Assembly (NCBI GenBank): GCA_964016885.1
Contig: OZ024760.1
Coordinates: 33,046,001 to 33,110,000, forward strand
Direction of reading: 5' to 3'
Length of the DNA: 64,000 nt
DNA from: Eledone cirrhosa
Taxonomy: Eukaryota
In this document: positions 40,978 to 54,230 of the stretch, in pieces
Position numbering within the stretch: position 1 is the stretch's first letter
Layout of the letters: each line of letters starts with the position of its first letter
Program-made: the position numbers and the translations under genes
Notes under the pieces: model-generated
Seen by the model: only the letters and a program-made list of their open reading frames with translations
The model's database searches: none
Told to the model about the DNA's origin: nothing

Positions 40978-41477
40978 TGTCCCCAAAAAATGTATACACA
41001 CTTTGATTATCTGTACAGGCAATATATATATTGGAATGGTGTATACATTTTTAGGGACCACGGTATATATATATATGGTGTCCCCGAAAAATGTATACAC
41101 ACTTTGATTACCTGTACAGGCAATATATATATAAAAACGGTGTATATATTTTTAGGAACATCGGTATATATATATATATGGTGTCCCGGAAAAATGTATA
41201 CACACTTTGTTTTCCTGTACAGGCAATATATATATTAGAATGGTGTATACATTTTTAGAGACCCCGGTATATATATATATATGGTGTCCCCGAAAAATGT
41301 TTACACACTTTGATTACCTATACAGGCAATATATATATTAGAATGATGTATACATTTTTAGGGACCCCGGTATATTTATAGATATATATGGTGTCCCCGA
41401 AAAATGTATACAAACTTTGATTACCTGTACAGCCAATATATATATTAGAATGGTGTATACATTTTTAGGGACCCCGG

Positions 41478-41520
<43 letters not shown>

Positions 41521-41826
41521 TGTCCCCGAAAAATGTATACACACTTTGATTATCTGTACAGGCAATATATATATTACAATGGTGTATACATTTTTAGGGA
41601 CCCCGGTATATATATATATATATATATGGTGTCCCTGGAAAAATGTATACACACTTCGATTACCTGTACAGGCAATATATATATTAGAATGGTGTACACA
41701 TTTTTAGGGACCCCGGTATATATATATATATATATATGGTGTCCCTGGAAAAATGTATACACACTTCGATTACCTGTACAGGCAATATATATATTAGAAT
41801 GGTGTATACATTTTTAGGGACCCCGG

Positions 41827-41861
<35 letters not shown>

Positions 41862-42693
41862 GGTGTCCCCGAAAAATGTATACACACTTTGATTATCTGT
41901 ACAGGCAATATATATATTAGAATGGTGTATACATTTTTAGGGACCCCGGTATATATATATATATATATATGGTGTCCCTGGAAAAATGTATACACACTTT
42001 GATTACCTGTACAGGCAATATATATATTAGAATTGTGTATACACTTTTAGCGACACCGGTATATATATATATATGGTGTCCCGGAAAAATGTATACATAC
42101 TTTGATTACCTGTACAGGCAATATATATATTAGAATGGTGTATACATTTTTAGGGACCCCGGTATATAAATATATATATATATATATATATGGTGTCCCC
42201 GAAAAATGTATACACACTTTGATTACCTGTACAGGCAATATATATATTAGAATGGTGCATACATTTTTAGGGACCCCGGTATATATATATGGTGTCCCCG
42301 AAAAATGTATACACACTTTGATTACCTGTACAGGCAATATATGTATTAGAATGGTGTATACATTTTTAGGGACACCGGTATATATATATATGGGGTCCCC
42401 GAAAAATGTATACACACTTTGATTACCTGTACAGGCAATATATATATTAGAATGGTGTATACATTTTTAGGGACACAGGTATATATATATATATATATGG
42501 TGTCCCGGAAAAATGTATACACACTTTGATTACCTGTACAGGCAATATATATATTAGAACGGTGTATACATTTTTGGGGACACCGGTATATATATATATA
42601 TATATGGTGTCTCGGAAAAATGTATACATACTTTGATTACCTGTACAGGCAATATATATATATTAGAATGGTGTATCCATTTTTAGGGACCCC

Positions 42694-42732
<39 letters not shown>

Positions 42733-43310
42733 TGTCCCCGAAAATTGTATACATACTTTGATTACCTGTACAGGCAATATATATATTACAATGGTGTATA
42801 CATTTTTAGGGACACCGGTATATATATGGTGTCCCGGAAAAATGTATACACACTTTGATTACCTGTACAGGCAATATATATATCAGAATGGTGAATACAT
42901 TTTTAAGGACCCTGGTATATATATAAGGTGTCCCCGAAAAATGTATACATACTTTGATTACCTGTACAGGCAATATATATATTACAATGGTGTATACATT
43001 TTTAGGGACACCGGTATATATATATATGGTGTCCCGGAAAAATGTATACATACTTTGATTACCTGTACAGGCAATATATATATTACAATGCTGTATACAT
43101 TTTTAGGGACACCGGTATATATATATATGGTGTCCTGGAAAAATGTATACACACTTTGATTACCTGTACAGGCAATATATATATTAGAATGGTGTATACA
43201 TTTTTAGGGACACCGGTATATATATGTATATGGTGTCCCGGAAAAATGTATACACACTTTGATTACCTGTACAGGCAATATATATATTAGAATGGTGTAT
43301 ACATTTTTTA
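39776..43310. repeat. Tandem array of ~33 Tc1/mariner-MITE-derived units separated by variable (TA)n
   Basis: Unit GGTGTCCCCGAAAAATGTATACAC...GTGTATACATTTTTAGGGACCCCGG resembles the MITE at 10475-10552; period ~97-133 bp. Confidence 0.92.
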
Positions 43311-43630
43311 TAATACTAAAAGTCTGTGATTGATTGCTTGATTGCTTATCTGTAATGTAATACAGCCAAAAAAGCGCATAATGGGAAAATACTTTGAAAG
43401 GAAGTTGACCCTGAAATGGGAATACAAATGGAACAAAACAAATTTCGCGTAAATCGGACCGCGGGTTCCCGACATATGGGGTTTTTCCTGGTGCCTTCAT
43501 AAACAAAGTAAACAAAGAGAGAAAAAGATAGAGAGAAAGAGATAGTGGTTGTGAGAGAGTAGATTGAAAGAGAGACAGAAAGAGGGAGAGGAGACAGAGA
43601 ATGAAAATGGAAGAGAGCTGGTGGTGCTGT

Positions 43631-43709
<79 letters not shown>

Positions 43710-44004
43710 TTGAGTGTGTGTGAATATATATATTTATATGTGTGTGATTATGACCGGTGCATGTAGATCACAGACATCCACATATATATATATATATACA
43801 CACAAATACATATATATGTATATGTTTACACACACACACATATATATACATACACTCACTTATATATATAGGCCTTCCAGTTCATTTCACATTATATACA
43901 TGTCTGTGTATATTTTTATTATTTAAAAATTATTTTTAAGTGAATACGATTTTTAAAAAAATATTTTAAAGTGAACATGACCCAACGGGCCACGGATGGT
44001 CTAG
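43308..44004 (+). mobile_element. Non-autonomous Helitron-like element
   Basis: 5' TATAATACTAAAAGTCTG; 3' imperfect hairpin CCCAACGGGCCACGG followed by CTAG|T at 44001-44005. Confidence 0.55.
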
Positions 44005-44022
44005 TTAATAATAATAATGTCC

Positions 44023-44142
44023 GTTTACAATTGTTTCGCTACTCCATATAATATTTCTGGATCAGATGACTATATATCATAATTGGTCTGGTTCAGTTGA
44101 AAATAATTAACATATTTAAAAAACAGAGTGGCTCATCGGAAC
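44023..44142 (-). ncRNA. Hammerhead motif with CCGATGA core and ~95-nt stem II
   Basis: Minus strand GTT-CCGATGA-GCCACTCTG...TGGAGTAGC-GAAA-CAATTG-TA-AAC; stem I only 3 bp. Confidence 0.65.
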
Positions 44143-44145
44143 TTA

Positions 44146-44191
<46 letters not shown>

Positions 44192-44281
44192 TAAGTTATT
44201 GTGGGTTGAATCGGAGGTAACCACAGTTAGTAAGGTACTCAATACATAGCAGATTATAAAAATTTTAATATAGATGAGATT

Positions 44282-44374
44282 CTACAGGACTAGAACTGTT
44301 TCATTCTTTCGAAATCATAGGAATCTGGCTGTCCAAAATAAATGTTGTGGTGTTTATATCTCTTCAGGTGGTAG
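44282..44374 (-). ncRNA. Possible hammerhead motif with extended stem II
   Basis: Minus strand CTACCAC-CTGAAGA-GATAT...ATTTC-GAAA-GAA..TTC-TA-GTCCTGTAG; stems imperfect. Confidence 0.45.
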
Positions 44375-44549
44375 GAGAGGGTGGGGTGTGGGATGGGTGG
44401 AGGTCATTGGTTGAAAGAAAAGGGAATTCATTAAAAGCTAATTCTTTAAGTCTATCATTTATATTTAGGGTGACAAAGGCAGAAAGAATTCTATAAACAA
44501 GTTCAAATTGGGGCGCCACTCCTTGTTTTTAAGTTTCTCTTAAATATAT

Positions 44550-46590
44550 GTTTCTTTTATTTGCCACCAGGGCATCAAAAGTGGGACAAGTACAATGGGG
44601 GGAGTTTACAAAACAAGGCGTCCCCAATAAGGAGGAGGCAATAACAATATATAAAAATAAAATAAAATATAACAAAAAATAAAATTTATAACAAAGTCCT
44701 CAATAGAGAGGAGGCGCCTTGGAGGCTCGCACACACCCTCGAAAAAAGTGTGCAACCCTTTTCCTCAGGAAAACAGAGAAGGGGTGCTCCCTTGGTCTTT
44801 CATCTTCCTCAGCTATAGTCTGATGTAGAGTGAAGGCCCATTCACACGGGCCATTCTCGCCACTTTCACCCATCTTTCATAAAAACGGCTGGGGTGCAGC
44901 ACCTCTCTCTCCATCCTGATCCTTCTTCCGAAATGATATCGGAAGAAACGGACCAGTTGTTGGCCAGAGAGAAAGGTGTCTGACCTCAGTCCTTTCAGAC
45001 GCGTCCACCATAAACCTCTTTCGCCATGGCTATTACGCACAGAAACACCGCGTTTTCTTCGTTTTTGAAGAGGGGAGGCGGCTTGATCGTTACAATAGAC
45101 TCGGTGGTCAACCGGATCGGTCCCACCCTTGACAGCAGTTGTTCGACATAGCCCCACAGATCGGCAATGCCCGAGCAGTGTACCAATGCGTGTGCAACGG
45201 TTTCCTCGTCGCACACGCATCTGGGACAGATCTTTTTCGACGGGTCCCTACCCGGGCGCCCGTGTCTGTAGAGCCTTTCTCGAACGGGCAGAGCCCTTCT
45301 GTAGCATTGCCAGGCCAGGGACCTCTGGAAGTTATCCATGGGTCCCGGGCTGAATGTCCTACCGAACAGGTTGGCCAGTTCGTCTTCCTCCATGCCTAGG
45401 GCTTCTCTGAGGGCGTCGTCGCACCTGCTAACCACCAGCCCTCTATAGAATGACGAGGTGGATTCTCCACTGACAGCCGGGTCCGCCTGCCAGAGAGCCG
45501 TGTGCGCCTGGGCACACTCGGTGTGCCAGGCGCCCAGTTTTCTCGGTCTTTGCTTGACCCAGGATTGCAGCTCGGTGAGTGAGACGAGTCTGGGAAAGGC
45601 TCGCCTCACAAACGGGGCCCACACCGGTTGACCGGAGAGGAATACCTGAAGGTGCCGTAGCCTTAATGCGTGTTTACGTATCATTAGCCACGGCATCCCC
45701 AGCCCTCCTTTCGAAGGGTGTTGACAGCAGATGGATCTACTCATCATAGGAGCCCGTTTCTTCCAAAGGAATTGGAAGAGTGCGCACTCCATTTTGGCGA
45801 GCGTTTCCCTTGGGCAAGGCACAACGGTCAGGCGGTAGTAGATGACGGACGCTATATAAGTGTTCGCCACCTCCGCCCGACCTTTCAGGGACAGTTTGCA
45901 CTCGGCCCACTTCTGGGTCAGTGCAAACACCCTGTTCGTTACCTCACCCCAGTTCTTCTCCACCTGGAGGTCTGGTCCGAACCAGACCCCGAGCAACTTC
46001 ACCGGGCCCCCTGTCCAGCGCCCGACGATGCCATCGGAGGGCATCGATCTGCCCCTTCACGTGCCGAGTTGCAGACCGATCGACTTGTCCCGGTTCAGCT
46101 TAGCCCCTGTAAACCTTTCGTACTCCTCCAGTAAGGTGCCGATCGCCCCGATTTCCGAGGCCGTCGACACCATTACTGTTACGTCATCGGCGTAGGCTGA
46201 CACCGCTTTCCGCAATCCCGGTTCCAACGGGATGCCCTGCAACAACTCCAACTTCCGCAGCAGTGGCTCTAGAGTCACTACATACAGAAGGGAGGAGAGA
46301 GGGCACCCCTGTCGGATGGACCGCGCGATTTCGGACGGCTCCGAGAGGTAGCCGTTCACCTTGACCCTAGAGCAGATGCGGCTGCTGTGCATGGCATTGA
46401 TCCAGCCCCTGAAAACGGGTCCGAAGCCTGCCGCCGCTAGCACCGCATCCAGGTAACCATGGTCGACCCTATCGAATGTCTTAGATTGATCCAAGTTGAT
46501 CAGGGCCCCACCAAAGCCGGGTTCGTTCCCAACCCTCTCTATGATGTATCGCATGAGGTGGAGGTTGTCGTGGATGGACCTGGACCGGAT
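44550..46590 (-). mobile_element. 5'-truncated Tx1/L1-clade LINE, diverged subfamily
   Basis: RSIHDNLHLMRY, NLDQSKTFDRVDH, RQGCPLS, AYADDV, GPVKLLGVWFGPDL, CPRC..ETVAHALVHC; stop codon and frameshift. Confidence 0.9.
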
Positions 46591-46667
46591 AGGCATAAAT
46601 ATAGGCATTGTTAGCTTAAGAGAAACTTAAAAATAAGGAGTGGCACCCCAATATATATATATATATA

Positions 46668-49600
46668 AATATAGACATAGAATATTCGAAAATATTCTGT
46701 ATGTTTATAATAAACATTTTGAAGACCTAATCGCTATAGAATAGAATACGTCACGTATTACAATTAGATTCTCGATAAAAGCAAGGGAAGTAATCTACGC
46801 GTTTCATTCTCGTTAGAAATCATCAGGACTACATATCCAGTGCTTTTATCGAGAATGACACAGCTAGAGACTTATAGAATACTTAGCTGTGTACAGGAAC
46901 TGGTTTGAAAGAGCGGTTGCCGGTCCGGCAGAAATTAGAAATTGGAATAAATGCTCTGAAATAGCGATATATATGTGAATATAGACATAGAATATTCGAA
47001 AATATTCTGTATGTTTATAATAAACATTTTGAAGACCTAATCGCTATAGAATAGAATACGTCACGTATTACAATTAGATTCTCGATAAAAGCAAGGGAAG
47101 TAATCTACGCGTTTCATTCTCGTTAGAAATCATCAGGACTACATATCCAGTGCTTTTATCGAGAATGACACAGCTAGAGACTTATAGAATACTTAGCTGT
47201 GTACAGGAACTGGTTTGAAAGAGCGGTTGCCGGTCCGGCAGAAATTAGAAATTGGAATAAATGCTCTGAAATAGCGATATATATGTGAATATAGACATAG
47301 AATATTCGAAAATATTCTGTATGTTTATAATAAACATTTTGAAGACCCAATCGCTATAGAATAGAATACGTCACGTATTACAATTAGATTCTCGATAAAA
47401 GCAAGGGAAGTAATCTACGCGTTTCATTCTCGTTAGAAATCATCAGGACTACATATCCAGTGCTTTTATCGAGAATGACACAGCTAGAGACTTATAGAAT
47501 ACTTAGCTGTGTACAGGAACTGGTTTGAAAGAGCGGTTGCCGGTCCGGCAGAAATTAGAAATTGGAATAAATGCTCTGAAATAGCGATATATATGTGAAT
47601 ATAGACATAGAATATTCGAAAATATTCTGTATGTTTATAATAAACATTTTGAAGACCTAATCGCTATAGAATAGAATACGTCACGTATTACAATTAGATT
47701 CTCGATAAAAGCAAGGGAAGTAATCTACGCGTTTCATTCTCGTTAGAAATCATCAGGACTACATATCCAGTGCTTTTATCGAGAATGACACAGCTAGAGA
47801 CTTATAGAATACTTAGCTGTGAACAGGAACTGGTTTGAAAGAGCGGTTGCCGGTCCGGCAGAAATTAGAAATTGGAATAAATGCTCTGAAATAGCGATAT
47901 ATATGTGAATATAGACATAGAATATTCGAAAATATTCTGTATGTTTATAATAAACATTTTGAAGACCTAATCGCTATAGAATAGAATACGTCACGTATTA
48001 CAATTAGATTCTCGATAAAAGCAAGGGAAGTAATCTACGCGTTTCATTCTCGTTAGAAATCATCAGGACTACATATCCAGTGCTTTTATCGAGAATGACA
48101 CAGCTAGAGACTTATAGAATACTTAGCTGTGTACAGGAACTGGTTTGAAAGAGCGGTTGCCGGTCCGGCAGAAATTAGAAATTGGAATAAATGCTCTGAA
48201 ATAGCGATATATATGTGAATATAGACATAGAATATTCGAAAATATTCTGTATGTTTATAATAAACATTTTGAAGACCTAATCGCTATAGAATAGAATACG
48301 TCACGTATTACAATTAGATTCTCGATAAAAGCAAGGGAAGTAATCTACGCGTTTCATTCTCGTTAGAAATCATCAGGACTACATATCCAGTGCTTTTATC
48401 GAGAATGACACAGCTAGAGACTTATAGAATACTTAGCTGTGTACAGGAACTGGTTTGAAAGAGCGGTTGCCGGTCCGGCAGAAATTAGAAATTGGAATAA
48501 ATGCTCTGAAATAGCGATATATATGTGAATATAGACATAGAATATTCGAAAATATTCTGTATGTTTATAATAAACATTTTGAAGACCTAATCGCTATAGA
48601 ATAGAATACGTCACGTATTACAATTAGATTCTCGATAAAAGCAAGGGAAGTAATCTACGCGTTTCATTCTCGTTAGAAATCATCAGGACTACATATCCAG
48701 TGCTTTTATCGAGAATGACACAGCTAGAGACTTATAGAATACTTAGCTGTGTACAGGAACTGGTTTGAAAGAGCGGTTGCCGGTCCGGCAGAAATTAGAA
48801 ATTGGAATAAATGCTCTGAAATAGCGATATATATGTGAATATAGACATAGAATATTCGAAAATATTCTGTATGTTTATAATAAACATTTTGAAGACCTAA
48901 TCGCTATAGAATAGAATACGTCACGTATTACAATTAGATTCTCGATAAAAGCAAGGGAAGTAATCTACGCGTTTCATTCTCGTTAGAAATCATCAGGACT
49001 ACATATCCAGTGCTTTTATCGAGAATGACACAGCTAGAGACTTATAGAATACTTAGCTGTGTACAGGAACTGGTTTGAAAGAGCGGTTGCCGGTCCGGCA
49101 GAAATTAGAAATTGGAATAAATGCTCTGAAATAGCGATATATATGTGAATATAGACATAGAATATTCGAAAATATTCTGTATGTTTATAATAAACATTTT
49201 GAAGACCTAATCGCTATAGAATAGAATACGTCACGTATTACAATTAGATTCTCGATAAAAGCAAGGGAAGTAATCTACGCGTTTCATTCTCGTTAGAAAT
49301 CATCAGGACTACATATCCAGTGCTTTTATCGAGAATGACACAGCTAGAGACTTATAGAATACTTAGCTGTGTACAGGAACTGGTTTGAAAGAGCGGTTGC
49401 CGGTCCGGCAGAAATTAGAAATTGGAATAAATGCTCTGAAATAGCGATATATATGTGAATATAGACATAGAATATTCGAAAATATTCTGTATGTTTATAA
49501 TAAACATTTTGAAGACCTAATCGCTATAGAATAGAATACGTCACGTATTACAATTAGATTCTCGATAAAAGCAAGGGAAGTAATCTACGCGTTTCATTCT

Positions 49601-51042
49601 CGTTAGAAATCATCAGGACTACATATCCAGTGCTTTTATCGAGAATGACACAGCTAGAGACTTATAGAATACTTAGCTGTGTACAGGAACTGGTTTGAAA
49701 GAGCGGTTGCCGGTCCGGCAGAAATTAGAAATTGGAATAAATGCTCTGAAATAGCGATATATATGTGAATATAGACATAGAATATTCGAAAATATTCTGT
49801 ATGTTTATAATAAACATTTTGAAGACCTAATCGCTATAGAATAGAATACGTCACGTATTACAATTAGATTCTCGATAAAAGCAAGGGAAGTAATCTACGC
49901 GTTTCATTCTCGTTAGAAATCATCAGGACTACATATCCAGTGCTTTTATCGAGAATGACACAGCTAGAGACTTATAGAATACTTAGCTGTGTACAGGAAC
50001 TGGTTTGAAAGAGCGGTTGCCGGTCCGGCAGAAATTAGAAATTGGAATAAATGCTCTGAAATAGCGATATATATGTGAATATAGACATAGAATATTCGAA
50101 AATATTCTGTATGTTTATAATAAACATTTTGAAGACCTAATCGCTATAGAATAGAATACGTCACGTATTACAATTAGATTCTCGATAAAAGCAAGGGAAG
50201 TAATCTACGCGTTTCATTCTCGTTAGAAATCATCAGGACTACATATCCAGTGCTTTTATCGAGAATGACACAGCTAGAGACTTATAGAATACTTAGCTGT
50301 GTACAGGAACTGGTTTGAAAGAGCGGTTGCCGGTCCGGCAGAAATTAGAAATTGGAATAAATGCTCTGAAATAGCGATATATATGTGAATATAGACATAG
50401 AATATTCGAAAATATTCTGTATGTTTATAATAAACATTTTGAAGACCTAATCGCTATAGAATAGAATACGTCACGTATTACAATTAGATTCTCGATAAAA
50501 GCAAGGGAAGTAATCTACGCGTTTCATTCTCGTTAGAAATCATCAGGACTACATATCCAGTGCTTTTATCGAGAATGACACAGCTAGAGACTTATAGAAT
50601 ACTTAGCTGTGTACAGGAACTGGTTTGAAAGAGCGGTTGCCGGTCCGGCAGAAATTAGAAATTGGAATAAATGCTCTGAAATAGCGATATATATGTGAAT
50701 ATAGACATAGAATATTCGAAAATATTCTGTATGTTTATAATAAACATTTTGAAGACCTAATCGCTATAGAATAGAATACGTCACGTATTACAATTAGATT
50801 CTCGATAAAAGCAAGGGAAGTAATCTACGCGTTTCATTCTCGTTAGAAATCATCAGGACTACATATCCAGTGCTTTTATCGAGAATGACACAGCTAGAGA
50901 CTTATAGAATACTTAGCTGTGTACAGGAACTGGTTTGAAAGAGCGGTTGCCGGTCCGGCAGAAATTAGAAATTGGAATAAATGCTCTGAAATAGCGATAT
51001 ATATGTGAATATAGACATAGAATATTCGAAAATATTCTGTAT

Positions 51043-51048
<6 letters not shown>
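46668..51048 (-). repeat. Tandem array of 14 (+ partial) near-identical 310-bp units, each with a hammerhead; candidate non-LTR retrozyme
   Basis: Exact 310-bp period (46681, 46991 ... 51021); only two variant positions noticed (47348, 47822); (TA)n on both sides; no ORF of 60 aa or more inside the units. Confidence 0.97.
46790..46832 (-). ncRNA. Type-I hammerhead ribozyme, first of 14 copies (every 310 bp, last at 50820-50862)
   Basis: Minus strand GTAGTC-CTGATGA-TTTCT-AACG-AGAAT-GAAA-CGCG-TA-GATTAC; palindromic stem III ACGCGT; stem I extended by a 16-bp helix ATTCTCGATAAAAGCA/TGCTTTTATCGAGAAT. Confidence 0.9.
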
Positions 51049-51134
<86 letters not shown>

Positions 51135-51141
<7 letters not shown>

Positions 51142-51229
51142 GAATGACTTCACCTGTAGTTCTAAACAATTTGATTTAATTTTATTAAATTAAATTGTTT
51201 AGAACTACAGGTGAAGTCATTCTTTTCCT
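51135..51229. repeat. Fold-back hairpin (~45-bp arms)
   Basis: AGGAAAAGAATGACTTCACCTGTAGTTCTAAACAATTT ... AAATTGTTTAGAACTACAGGTGAAGTCATTCTTTTCCT. Confidence 0.9.
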
Positions 51230-51286
51230 TTTTTTAAATATACCTCACTGTACTAAGGATTTCACATTTTCCAATATATATATATA

Positions 51287-51745
51287 CTAGCAGAGGTACC
51301 CGGCGTTGCTCGGATATTAAATAGCAGTTGTGTATACCATTTATGTCAATACTTCAGTGCTGCTTCGAAAACTATACTTTTACAAAATCATCGGCTTTTT
51401 CCAAAAGGGGGTTCCTGCCCCCAAGGGTCCCCTACCCAATATGTGCCAATTCTGAGAGTTCACATTCACCTGTAGGACAAACGTAGCCCATGTGTCAAGT
51501 TTTGTGAAAATCGGTTGCCAACTCCAGAAGTTATGACGTTTTGTTGCATTGCACTGCAGTGCTTCAGTCGACTCCAAGGAAGTGGTTAAAGTGGTTAAAG
51601 GGGTTATCTGCCGGGAGGCCCTATAATCAATATCTGGAAAAATGACAGTGTCCATGACCATCCGGAGTACATAAGTAACCTATGTCTTAAGTTTGGTGAA
51701 AATACTGTAGAAATGCAAAAGGTTTATACATACGCGCATGCATTC

Positions 51746-51779
<34 letters not shown>

Positions 51780-51802
51780 TTGTGTGTTTGTGTGTGTGTG
51801 TG

Positions 51803-51861
<59 letters not shown>

Positions 51862-51960
51862 ATGTCCGTCGGGGCATACGTATGTACTGGCCTAAATCTT
51901 CACTATTTACTTTTACTATTTTAATAACCTCTGTCATTTTCGTTTTCAATTTTATTTACA
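51287..51960 (-). mobile_element. Helitron-like 3' end and adjoining non-autonomous sequence (right boundary uncertain)
   Basis: A|CTAGCAGAGGTACCCGGCGTTGCTCGG, the same terminus type as at 33073. Confidence 0.5.
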
Positions 51961-54230
51961 TCATTCTTTAACTCCGGGGCTGGAAATCATTCTGTTATGT
52001 TAAATAGAATATTAGTCTAACGACTCCATTTATACCATAAACTTAGTCTTGTCTTTGCATGAAATTGTTCTTCACGCTCCACATAACGACGTATTATCCT
52101 CGCTTTTTTCCCGTTCATTGCCAGGGAACGTCTTCACGAACCAAAATATCGTCTTCCTGTTTTCGTTCGGTTGCAACGTTTCTCGACATATTTACTTCTG
52201 CGTTCACAGATTACTCTCAGTTCAATTTGAATGGGAAATTCCTGTTTCATCGATTTTCTCCGTAACCATGGAAGCTTGTAGCTTGAAGTCGATCCAACGC
52301 CTCCTCGGGTCATTCTGCATAACTGTGTAAAATTTCGTTGCATTCCACCTAGCCGTTTCGACGTTTATCCGACTACACCTGCATATACAACGTCCGACCA
52401 CTTCCAATTTATATAGTAGATTTGTTTATATATGAATGACAAAAAGAAAAGTACAAAACTATGCATGAATTGTTTCTACTAAACCTTCAATTTAAGACAC
52501 AACCTACATATTTGATAGGACTCCAGCTCACACCTTCTTCTTCTTTTGCTCCCCCTGGAACATTGAGCTGCGAGCCACCCCCATACAACGCCATGTTCTG
52601 AGTCTGCTTTTCAACTCCGCCATGATGCACGGTGCGTCATAGTGTATCTAACCATTTTTTTAGGTCTTACTACGGCTGATTTCTTCCAGAGAGAAAGAAA
52701 GAGATGGAAAAAGGCAGAGAATATTTATTCCCGGAGGAATAATAAAAACTGTTTACACTGCACATTTCATTTTTTCAAAGCTAAAGTTGCCGATCCAAAA
52801 TCAGTAATTCAACTCCCTGAAAACTTTCAAATATATGCTGTTCTAGCATGAATATTATGCTAAGGGGCAGCTGTCCACAAAGTAAGATTTACTTGCATAT
52901 CCCCGCTCATATAAACACATAAATACATGCATACATACATTACAGTTGATTTTTTTTATTTATTAAAGCGTTTTCATATTATATATATATATATATATAG
53001 TGACGAAACATAAGTCAATTGCATGAACTCATAATCCTTTATTTACTGCTTTATTTGTATGAAATTGTAAATAAGACAATGAATATTGAAAGCAACTACG
53101 GAAAAAGGGGGAAATAACTCACCGAACGCGATAGTAAATAGACCGTTTTGGGGCCCTAGGGACCACAATTATCAAGTTAGAGATTTGAAACCTCGTCTAT
53201 TTGCTTCCTTGGCACTTTTTACATAGGTGTGTAAATTTTCATGTCCGTCCGACCACGTCTACTATCATTTAACCGTGCACAACTGAATTTCAACCACCAC
53301 CCATTTCACAAATATATATTAGATATATGTTAGACACGAAGTGACTAACAACAGAATGTTAAGTCACTTTAGTGTTCTAACATATATGTGTAGATCGTCA
53401 ATTTTTTTCTTCAAGGTCTGGCCGAGGCCGAGGTGATTACATGCCATTGGCTAATTTTCAACCAATCAGTGTTGCTCAAAAGCATCCGCCATGTTTTTTT
53501 GTTTGTTTTCCTAGTTCATTTATTTTTGTTATTTCGTCGTTATATGATTTTTTAAAATTTATATTAACTATTTATAAAACAAATGTAATATATTGATGTT
53601 AGGGTTAGGGTTAGGCGGTCAATAGATATGAAAGTCTATCTTAAAAGTTTGTACAAATATTTTTAAATTTATCGTTTGTACAAAACGATTCTAAATTTTT
53701 GTTTGTAAAAAATTGTTAAACACTTCAAAATAGCGTATATTCATGTTCTGTAATGTCCCATTTTTGTGCGCCCTTGTGCCAAATAAAGAAATATATCTTT
53801 GTATCTTGTTCCTCTTTATATATTGCAATCGAGTATAGGCAGAGTTCCGATTGTAATACAAACTGCACTTTGTTTGTAAATATTTGTAAAAATAATTTTT
53901 CTAAAAACATTGTAAAAATTTGTGTCACACGCGTTTAAAAGTCTTTGATATGTATATATATATATAAAACTGAGGTTGTCTGTCTGTCTGTCTGTCTGTC
54001 TCTCTACTAAAACGGTCGCCACACATCTAAACTTATAGATTAAGCTCCAGCGGAGAGATCGGTCAAAAAAATTTCAAATCGAATGTGTAATATTGATGTT
54101 TCAGTTAAAATGTATAAATACAGTTGAGAGACGAGTTATTTCCCTTTAATGCAACGTGAGCAGACGATAAATTATTGAAAAGGCGCAAATTTTCACTATT
54201 ACACATTTGCATTATTGTCGTGGACAATTA

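Noticed and set aside
39776-43310. CRISPR-like look (palindromic repeat plus variable spacer) and repetitive ORFs
   Set aside because: The spacers are only (TA)n, the repeats are ~85 bp and match a MITE, there are no cas genes, and the context is eukaryotic.
46668-51048. 310-bp array as CRISPR, tRNA/5S/snRNA cluster or coding repeat
   Set aside because: No unique spacers, no recognisable tRNA/5S/snRNA sequence and no long ORF; the hammerhead explains the structure better.
52030-52410. CpG-richer stretch with short ORFs, possible transposase remnant
   Set aside because: No motif recognised in the frames examined.
53000-53025. GACGAAACATAAGTC resembling the 3' half of a hammerhead
   Set aside because: No CTGANGA strand upstream (replaced by TA repeat); incomplete.
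53599-53615. TTAGGG telomere-like repeat
   Set aside because: Fewer than three full units; too short to call an interstitial telomere.
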